A DNA stretch of 64,000 nucleotides from NCBI GenBank assembly GCA_964016885.1, contig OZ024740.1:314278001-314342000 (forward strand), given 5' to 3'. A model generated the notes under the pieces. That model was not told the DNA's origin. It did no database searches and was given only the letters and a program-made list of their open reading frames with translations. A program made the position numbers and the translations under genes. Shown one piece after another: positions 53,545 through 64,000 of this stretch. The stretch comes from Eledone cirrhosa (taxonomy: Eukaryota). Each line of letters starts with the position of its first letter. Positions within the stretch are counted from its first letter, which is position 1.

Positions 53545-54621
53545 CTTTGAGTCACTAACTCCTAGTTGAGATGTAGCGACTCTGTAATAATATAATCCTT
53601 GCGGAGCCCATCCTTCTCCAAGTGTTAACACAGTTAATTTCTTCCAGCGAAAGGGAGAATAAAAGCGAGAAGACATAAAATGAGAAAGGGGTGTAGAGGA
53701 AGAATCGACCCCAGTACAGGACTGGCACGTTATTTATCGATCTCTAAAAGATAAACGACAAAGTTGACCATAGCGATATTTGAAACCAATGCAAAGAAAG
53801 CCAGAACGAATTCTACGAAGCATTCTCTCCGACTTTTTAACAACTATGCCCAATTCACCGTTTGTATTTCTCTCTCTACTAGCTTCTGTATGGAAACATA
53901 CGACAATGGTTCCCTTTCCCCGTAAAGTTAAAACCCTAAGATCTGGGACTACTGTCCTGTCGACCTCACTTTAATATCTCAAATGGGATGGAAACAACCG
54001 TAAACAATAATTAATTCCAACTTGAATTTATTTCTCACTTTCACTCACATTTTCTCTCTCCCGCTTTCTCTCCCTTTTTCTTCATCTCTCTCCATCTCTT
54101 TCTCTTTCCCTCTCTCTCCCTTTTCCCCCCTCTATGTCTCTCTCTCCCTCTGGTGGATTGACAGTTTCGGTAGAGCATCGGATAACATGCTTTGCTTCAT
54201 ATAGTTACGGCCATTTACGTTAAGAGTACAAATCCCGCCGAGGTTAGCTTTGTCTTTCATTCTTACACAGTCGATAAAATAAATAACCAGTAATGCACTG
54301 GGGCCGATTTAATCGACTTTCCCCTACCCTTCAAATTGCTGACCTTGTGCTGATCTTGTGTCAAAAGTATAAAAAATTATATATACATGTGTATGTGTGT
54401 TTGAAGTAAGGTTTTAAAAATGTAATTATTTCCAAATAAGGTGCTGATAAATTAGTCATTAATTAATAATGTTTGAATGTGGTGTTGCACGTACTGTTAG
54501 AACACACTAACTGCTTTGTGTCTGGCAACCCTGGCATTCAGTGCTAATGTTCACTGTATATCGTGACTTGTGAACAGTCATATTTTCCTAGTCATAATAA
54601 TCTTTTTGCATTTATATATTA

Positions 54622-55253
54622 CTAGCAGTGGTACCCGGCGTTGCACGGGACAATGTATTTTAGAACGCGGGCCGCCAACAGACCTAATCGTGGAAAGACT
54701 GCATGCCTGGACAATATGTAAAGAAAATAAACCGAATACTCTGATAGCTGGATAATCTTTAAGATTTTCCTCGATGAAGCAGAAAAATGCAGGTTTTCAC
54801 CTAATGCGGGCCCTAGGGGATCAAGAAAATGAATTTTTTTTTTTATGTGCATAATATGCCTTGAAATTTCAGGAAAATCGGCTAGACGTAACGCCTCAAA
54901 AAAGCCCTAAAAAGCTGAAAAAATGAAGTTTTTCACCTAATGCGGGCCCTAGGCCATAAACAAGTTGGATTTTCTTTGCTCACGGTATGAAGAAGAGACT
55001 GACTAATACATAGTTACAATTTCAAGGAAATCTGTCTGACGTAACCTCAAAAAATCCCTAAAAAGATGAAAAATACAGTTTTTCACCTAATGCGGATAAA
55101 AAAGTTGAATTTTATGTGCATAACACTCCCTGAAACATAGGTAATACATATGTAAAGTTTGAAAAAAATCGGTTGGGTACTTCTCGAGTTTTAGGGATTC
55201 AAACTCACAGACACACACACACAGACAGACATCCTCAGTTTTATATATAGAGA
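54622..55253 (-). mobile_element. Non-autonomous Helitron
   Basis: Minus strand begins TCTCTATATATAA and ends with hairpin cccgtgcaacgccggg then CTAG|T; internal tandem subrepeats. Confidence 0.85.
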
Positions 55254-55267
55254 TTTGCAGCCTATGA

Positions 55268-55640
55268 GGGCGGTGGATTGGCAGTTCAAATCCCGCCGAG
55301 GTTAGCTTTGCCTTTCATCCTTACGGGGTTGATAAGATAACCCACCAGTAAGCACTAGGTCTATTTAATCGACTTTCCCCTCCACTTCAAATTGCTGGCC
55401 TTTTGCTTAAAGTAGACACAATTATTTGCAGCCTATCATAATTGTTTTTGATTTGGGTGGGTTAGAAAGTCGATTAAATCGACCCCAGTGCGTTACTGGT
55501 ACTTTATTTTATCGACTCAATAAGGATGAAAGGCAAAGCTAACCTCGGCGAGATTTGAACTCAGAATGTAAAGGAACGTAACTGTATTGTGCCGCAAAGC
55601 ATGTCCGACGCTCTACCGATTATTGCCAATCTACCGCCCC
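55268..55640. mobile_element. Tail-to-tail inverted pair of Meta-like SINEs
   Basis: + copy 55268-55430, - copy about 55440-55640. Confidence 0.8.
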
Positions 55641-55959
55641 TTTTTGTAGTCTATTATGATGACTAATGAAATGCAATCTCCCACTAAAAAAAGGGAAGCA
55701 TCTATGTGTTGTTATTCAAGGAAAAGTGACTGCAAGGTCTCAAAAATTAAAGGATTGTTTTCAACAAGATAAAAGGGATAAAGACGCAAGCTATTGTCAA
55801 TGTAGCAACATTGCTCTGGGAAATTGTAAGAAATTCTAATGAAACAGAAAATGTGTGTAGAAGCATAAGAGTATTTTTAATGTGACTAAATCTAATGTTG
55901 ATATTAGTGTTGATATATTTCATGGTGAACAATAGGTGAAAGGAGAGTGATGAAACTAC

Positions 55960-56380
55960 CAAACGTTAGCTGCTAGTTGAAAAGGAGAGAAAGGCATTGA
56001 GCCATGTACCGTTGTGGGTGGGTTTGCGAGGCCGAGCGAAAGCATGCGAGGCGGTGCTTGTCGAGCTGGCGTGCTAGCCTGTCCGAGGCCATGTTGCACT
56101 GTATGGCATCCCGTATGCTCGGGGGGGGGGGGGGATGTTGACGTCAACAGGGGGAAGAGGAGCAGGGACCTCTATTGCGCGAAGTCCTAGCCGGTGGCCT
56201 CCTCATCCTCGATCACAGTGGGTTCATTGTGTTTTGGAGAACCTTGTTGATGAGGGCACTGGAAGAGGTTACCGACGATAGAAACGTTAGCGTAGCCAGC
56301 GAGACCAGAGACTGGAGACCAAGGTCACCACTTTACAAGTTATAACGTTTCAGTGGAAAACAGTCATCTCCTGACAATAT
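55960..56380 (-). mobile_element. CRE-like (REL-endonuclease class) non-LTR retrotransposon fragment
   Basis: GC-rich island; minus-strand SGDLGLQSLVSLATLTFLSSVTSSSALINKVL and HNGTWLNAF resemble CRE post-RT motifs GGLG..S...A..AFL.S and SGAWLNA. Confidence 0.55.
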
Positions 56381-56429
56381 ACAAAAAAAACCTTAATAGA
56401 CATTTATATTGATAGAAAATTATGGATGG

Positions 56430-56826
56430 AAATAATTGTTTCTACTTTTGGCACAAGGCCAGCAATTACCCAGTGCATTACTGGTACTTTATTTTATCGA
56501 CCCCGTAAGGATGAAAGGCAAAGTCAACCTCGGCGGGATTTGAACTCAGATCGTAAAGGGACGTAACTATGCTGGAAAGCATGGCGTCCGACCCTCTACC
56601 GATACCGCCAATCCACTGCCCATTATGGATGGAAATAATGATTTCTGATTTAGGCACAAGGTCAGCAATTTTGGGGATGGGGGATAATTGATTAAATCAA
56701 CCCCAGTGCATTACTGGTACTTTATGTTATCGACCCCGTAAGGAGAAAGATAAAGCTAACCTCGGCGGGATTTGAACTCAGAACGTAAAGGACCGTAACT
56801 CTATGCTGCAAAGCATGGTGTCCGAT
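56430..56826 (-). mobile_element. Two tandem Meta-like SINEs
   Basis: Reverse complement of the 775-1008 family, present twice. Confidence 0.85.
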
Positions 56827-57021
56827 GGAAATAATAAAACAATCATGTGTAATTCAGAAAGGAATAGTTTTTCCAGGAGAAAATAGAGAAAATGGATATC
56901 TTCAAGACACAAACGTTTCCAGCCATAACTGGAACCTTGGCTCACGGATTTAATTCGTTCCTGAAGGCTGTTCGTCGTCCGAAATGATCGTAAACTGAAA
57001 CTGTGTTCCTCATACGATATG

Positions 57022-57141
<120 letters not shown>

Positions 57142-58012
57142 TAGACTGTGTGAAAGATAGATATCACAATAGCAACTAATTACACTGCAAGTGGTGCTTT
57201 CCCACCGATACTCCAAGCTTGTTGCCAACCATAGTTACTTGCATGTTCGTTACTCGAGACACAAATCGTGAGCCGAGACGTTTTATATTCAGAAAAATTT
57301 GTTCGTGAATCGAGTTTCCACTGTATATATATTTCAATTACTTCAACTTTGGCTCGGGTTGTGCAGTATTTTAATTTGAATAAGCATGATGTAGAAATAT
57401 CATTAGATTCTGTAATAATTGAAAATAGAACGGTTTTTTGGTCTTCACAATGAATGCTGTCAGATTTACATTGTGTGAAAGAAATTTTCCTTGAGGAAAT
57501 ATTACTAGATCTGCAAGCGATAATTATTCTTCAATGATGGACGCTTGAAATATGCTCTAGGGATTATTGAAAGTTGACGTGCCTTCTGTTTTAAATATGG
57601 GATTTGTCTATCAGTCTATCAGTCGTTTAATCGTTACGCTAGAAGCTTGCTTTCTTAAAAGATTTGACATCTAACTTTCCTCGCGGCAGCAAGAGACAAC
57701 GGGAATTCAAACTTATTCAGGGAATGGTTGCAACCTAAATAAGGAAGTTTTTTTTTTTATGGATATGGAATTATTGCTAAATTAAATCCATTAGACTCAA
57801 ATGTCACTCATGTTCTCAGCATATGTTTTACCTTTATCATTATACTAACTGTTTATTCCTCGTCCATTGTACCAAAAAGAAAACTAAAATAATCACTGAT
57901 AATCACTGAAAAAGTTATTATTTAACAGCAGAAAATTAACTTGAATACTGGTAAAAAGTAAAAAATATAGAAATGTTCATGCCTGTCTCTTAAAGATCGG
58001 ATACACACACAA

Positions 58013-58167
<155 letters not shown>

Positions 58168-58253
58168 CATATATATGTGATTGTGTGTATGTACGCATGT
58201 ATGACGACGAAGCTATACGCATAGGGAAAACTAAATAAATATAGAAAGTATAC

Positions 58254-58358
58254 CTGTTGGTTCTGTTTACTAGGTTGGTCATACGATGTCACTGAAGACA
58301 TACTGCTGTCCCTTCCATGCTCATCATGTAACTCAGCAACCATTGTACTTGTGTCTAG
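58254..58358 (-). CDS. Candidate exon of an unidentified minus-strand gene
   Basis: Strong acceptor ttttgtttttgttttctcgttag, 35 open codons ([35 protein letters not shown]), donor CAG|gtatac; no recognisable homology. Confidence 0.3.
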
Positions 58359-59363
58359 CTAACGAGAAAACAAAAACAAAATAAGAGGTAATTTTCAATC
58401 TCCTGGGGGTGTCGTAAGGGCGCCATATTGACATACGGCATTTCTATGGCTTTTTTTTAAAACCTGGTGGAGCCCATCTCCTCCTCAGGTCTGCATACAG
58501 CAGATTTCTTCCAGAGAAGAATAGAAAGTGAAAAAAATGAAAGTGAGAAAGAGATATAGAGGAGGAATCGATCCCAGTACATGACTGGTACATCCTTATT
58601 TTTATCAACCTTCTAAGAATGAAAGGAAAAGTTGGCTCTTGCGGGATTTGAACGCAGAGAGCAGAAAGCCGAAACGAATACCGTAAAGCATTCTATCCTA
58701 CGTTGCAATGATTGTGTCAATTCACCGCATCTGGCTATTACTAACAGTACCAGGGTGATGGATTGGCAGTATCGGTAGAGTGTCGGAGGCCATGTTTTGT
58801 GGCATAGAATTACGTCCCTTTGTGTTCTGATTTCAAAACCCGCCGAGGTAACTTTGCCTTTCATCCTTATGGGGTCGATAAAATAAGGTACCATTACCGA
58901 CTGGGGTCGAATTAGTCGACTTCCCCCTCCCCTAAAATTGGTGGCTTTGTGCCTAAAATAGAAACTATTATTTATAGTACCATAAATGGTTCACTGAAAC
59001 GGGTAAAATGACGACCTTTCAACTTAACGCAACTACAGTTGAACTTCATATACGTTATATAGGGATTTGAAAAACTTCCTTCAACTGAGATTATCCAAAC
59101 TATTTGTAAATATAGAAAAAACACCCTGTATGGATGTTTGAACTGTAAATACAAAGAAGAGAGATAACTCCAATAAGATTAGTTGATCGAAACTTTTTGA
59201 CAGTACAGCAATGCAGATAGTAGTGGATCTGGTCTTTAAGGCAATTTGGTGAAAACAATAAAACAATCCACAGGTTTCGGTCTTATTAGACGCCCTTCGG
59301 TGAAACATATTTTACTAAGGTGAAACAATTGTTCTCGGTATGGTGAACTAACTGTTGTGTAAC

Positions 59364-59705
<342 letters not shown>

Positions 59706-59811
59706 TATATATATATATATATAATATATATAGATATATATAGATATATATAGAGAGAGAGAGATATATAAATAAATATACACGGGTGTGTATGATTGTG
59801 TATAGAAGATT

Positions 59812-60067
59812 ATATTAATAAAAGGAATTCCAACTTTATCTGATTTACTTGTTTTATTTACAATCCTTTAAAATTTATAATGGTATTAGAATGAAATAGT
59901 ATGGTAGAATATTAAATGTTAAGTGTTAATTGAACACTTAACCTTTAATATTCAATTAACACTTAACATTTAATATTCTACCATACTATTTCATTCTAAT
60001 ACCATTATAAATGTTAAAGGATTGTAAATAAAACGAGTAAATCAGACAAAGTTGGAATTCCTTTTAT

Positions 60068-60072
<5 letters not shown>
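59812..60072. repeat. About 260-bp palindrome
   Basis: Arms of about 120 bp with a few mismatches around a 16-nt loop at 59935-59950. Confidence 0.92.
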
Positions 60073-60157
<85 letters not shown>

Positions 60158-60166
<9 letters not shown>

Positions 60167-60533
60167 CGAGGATGTGTGTGTGTCTGTGTACAACTTTGCA
60201 TACTTAAGGCTTTTACAATTACCAACTGAATTTGACCTAATTTTCTGTACACGTTGCACAGGTCGCTAAGATTGTCACACCACAAACATTTTTCAAATCG
60301 ACCCACGTTGAGCAATAAAAAATCGATATCAAAATTATCGGTATCAAAATTGATGTAAGGGAGATAACCAACTTTATTGACAATCCTTATTTAAAAAAAG
60401 GGTGATAACCAACTTTATTGACAGAAATATAAACATCAGATTCATTTGAAGATAAATCACTAATATTATCGTTTGTTTCTTGTTTATTCTTTGTTGCATT
60501 TCAAACCCCGGGCAACGCCGGGTAAATCTACTA

Positions 60534-60534
<1 letters not shown>
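60158..60534 (+). mobile_element. Non-autonomous Helitron
   Basis: 5' tatataa..gaggatgtgtgtgtgtctgt resembles the 54622-55253 element; 3' hairpin cccgggcaacgccggg then CTAG|T. Confidence 0.8.
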
Positions 60535-60578
<44 letters not shown>

Positions 60579-60800
60579 GATAAATCTACCAAGAGTTTAC
60601 GGTAGTGTCCAATCCGTATGAAGAACTCAATGTATTCCGGATATCATGGAAAGAAGAAATGTAATGAAAAATCACTTTCGGTGAAAGATAAACGGTATAC
60701 AGAGTCAAGATAAAATATTAAACAAATAATGAATAAACAATTCCTTATATTAAACAAAAAAAGTTCATTATTTAACGATATATATATATATATATATCTT

Positions 60801-60831
<31 letters not shown>

Positions 60832-60836
60832 CTCAG

Positions 60837-60897
<61 letters not shown>

Positions 60898-60902
60898 CTC
60901 AG

Positions 60903-61024
<122 letters not shown>

Positions 61025-61412
61025 GTGTTTAAAATACCATAGTATTTAAAGCGTTCAAACATTAACTGAATGAGCTGTTAATGCTGGCGGGTAAAGTGTA
61101 GAAATTTATTTTTTAAGTAGAAATACATTTCACTGATGCATATCGGTGAAGGATGTAAACCATGGCTAAAAATAGAGCTCTGTACTTTTGTATCCTACGC
61201 GTTACATAACTTTTCTTATCGTTCTCGTCATCAGATATGCTCTGAATCAGTTTGTGGCCTGTTGGAAATCTGTAATCAACAACGCTGTAGCTCACGAATT
61301 ACGGAATAATTATAAATAAATAAGTAAACTACTTTTTATTCTTCTAACTAAACAGCCCTTGTTTATTTTTTAAGCTATGAATCAATATCGAATGTATATA
61401 TTGCTATTTCTG

Positions 61413-61782
61413 TTGGCAGTATCGACAGAGCCTCGGACACCATGCTTTGAAGCATAGAGTTACGGCCCTTTACGTTCTGAGTTCAAATCCCGTCGAATTT
61501 AGTTTTGCCTTTCATCCTTACGGGGGGGATAAAATAAAGTACTAGTAATGTACTGGGGTCAATTTAATTGACTTCCCCCTTCCCTTTAAATTGATGGCCT
61601 TGTGTCTAAATCAGAAACTGGCGGTATCGGTAGAGGGTCGAACGCCATGCTTTGCAGCAAAGAGTTACAGTCCTTTATGGTCTAAGTTCAAATCCCGCCA
61701 TCCTTACGGGGTCGATAAAATAAAGTACCAGTAATACACTGGGATAATTGCTGGCCTTGTGCCAAAAGTAGAAACAATTATT
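61413..61782 (+). mobile_element. Two tandem Meta-like SINEs
   Basis: Same family as 775-1008. Confidence 0.85.
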
Positions 61783-62182
61783 ATACAGTAAGTCCCCATA
61801 TTACGAACATCCTATTTATGAACTTTCGCAGATACGAACAGTCGCACGAAGAAAAGAAATGCCGTTGTTTTGTTGTTTTCTTGCGGGCTTTTTCGGGCCC
61901 TAGGTTCCTTCTTTTGCAGCATAAAAGCAAGCTGAAATGGTTTGGGATACCATTCTGCTTTCTCAGAATTGAAAAATTCCTTTTTTTTCTTTAATAATTT
62001 ATTGTCATTAGCTTTACAGTATTTAAATTCAGTATTTAAGTTCAAATCCCGCCGAGGTTAACTTTACCTTTCATCCTTACGAGGTCGATAAAATAAAGTA
62101 CCTGTAATGCACTGGGATAATTGTCGGCCTTGTACCAAAAGTAGAAATAATTATTACATGTTATATATACAGTATATACAGT

Positions 62183-62250
<68 letters not shown>

Positions 62251-62253
<3 letters not shown>

Positions 62254-62644
62254 GAGGGTAATCCCAAAAGTAAGGTCTCCAAAGCGATGGGGACGTAGAG
62301 AAACTGTTCGTACGGCTGTTGGCAACACTGTTGTGATTGGTGCTTCCTTCACTCCCAAACAACATGCGCGCGCTTCGCTGGGATGCTCAATCTTGGCTTG
62401 GCAGCCGTTGAGAATGGAACTCCCGTTGAACGCTATCGCCAAGTGCGAAATTCGCGCAGTTATTATATAGAGGGCAATCCCAAAAGTAAGGTCTCCTTCC
62501 GAGGAAAACATGCGTAAAGATCGGTGGATCACTCTGGATGCTCTCTGTATTTTGGTTCCTGAGGTTTCCCGAAGTACCATCCATAGGATTTTAACGGAAA
62601 AGTTGCAATATTGGAAGGAGACCTTACTTTTGGGATTGCCCTCG

Positions 62645-62646
<2 letters not shown>
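62251..62646 (+). mobile_element. mariner deletion derivative carrying three TIR copies
   Basis: ta-cgagggtaatcccaaaagtaaggtctcc ... ggagaccttacttttgggattgccctcg-ta; MELPLNAIAKCEIRAVI and DRWITLDAL...VSRSTIHRILTEKL (mariner HTH). Confidence 0.88.
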
Positions 62647-62942
<296 letters not shown>

Positions 62943-63068
62943 AGAGAATGTAACTTGGAGTTACTGTAGATTCACCCAGGTGAGCACTCGATGTTTAGGT
63001 TCACTTCAGTGTCGAGGTTTAGAGCTATACAGAGTGTATTATAGTTAAATAAGATAACAAGGACGATT

Positions 63069-63149
<81 letters not shown>

Positions 63150-63386
63150 CAAAAGGGATTTTCAATTTGTTGGTAATTCAACAAATATATAACTATAAAT
63201 GTTTATAACTTTCTTATCCAAGGAAACTTGAACCGTTAAGGTATTTTTCTTGGTTATGTCAAAATTTATAAAACACACTTCGTATTTTATCTGATGAAAG
63301 CGAACCAAAGTTTTGGTACCCTTGAAATATATATAATAGAATAAATATGGGTTTATAAATATAGTTTCCATTTATTTAATATCACC

Positions 63387-63511
<125 letters not shown>

Positions 63512-63610
63512 GTAAGAGATGTCAACATGAATGTCAACATTTTTATCTAAAGACATTTCTTTCAATCCCACCCCGCCCGTCCCTTTCAATCTAGCTTATT
63601 TCTCATTCTT

Positions 63611-63646
63611 TCTTCTGATGAAGGGCTAGCGTCCGAAACGTTAAGA
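63611..63646 (+). ncRNA. Minimal type I hammerhead ribozyme (Penelope pLTR type)
   Basis: TCTT-CTGATGA-A-GGGC(TAGC)GTCC-GAAA-CG-TT-AAGA: 4-bp stem I, 4-bp stem II, palindromic ACGT stem III. Confidence 0.7.
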
Positions 63647-63755
63647 CCCTCTGCCTGCTATTTCAAGCGTTAACCTAATATATTCCTTCCATATACTGTA
63701 GCGATTGTATTGTTATTTCTGTTTACCATTTACACATTTACACACATACATACAT

Positions 63756-63826
<71 letters not shown>

Positions 63827-64000
63827 GAGCTGAATTCTCTGAATTCTCCTTAATGTAGAGAAAAAAATGTTGTATCATGCTGCTATTTCTAGCAACATGA
63901 AATTCAACGAGTCTATAATTCCCGCTTTTTCTAACGGCCCATTTGTGTATGGGTCATTTTAACGGCTTGATTCATTCACCGGGCAGAAGGCGATACATCT

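Noticed and set aside
59265-59312. Minus-strand CCGAAGG-GC-GTCT(AATA)AGAC-CGAAAC hammerhead-like motif
   Set aside because: CUGANGA core is broken; treated as a decayed remnant

Overview
AT-rich, microsatellite-dense eukaryotic DNA. The repeat content (Meta-domain tRNA-SINEs, RTE LINEs with (GAT)n tails, Penelope remnants) suggests an octopus-like cephalopod; this is inference only. Two host genes are on the + strand: the terminal coding exon of a ninjurin (2399-2788) and a complete 7-exon MON1 gene (14668-37256, 664 aa, all splice phases consistent). The rest is mostly transposon debris: RTE, CR1 and CRE-like LINEs, Penelope RT fragments, SINEs, Tc1/mariner, pogo and piggyBac MITEs, and two non-autonomous Helitrons. 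The most unusual signal is a recurring set of near-perfect fold-back palindromes (about 110-610 bp). Most are built from Penelope-type sequence, and several contain or are centred on hammerhead-ribozyme-like motifs. A free-standing minimal hammerhead lies at 63611-63646. Weakly supported minus-strand orphan exons lie at 52-61 kb. Repeat boundaries were read by eye and are approximate.
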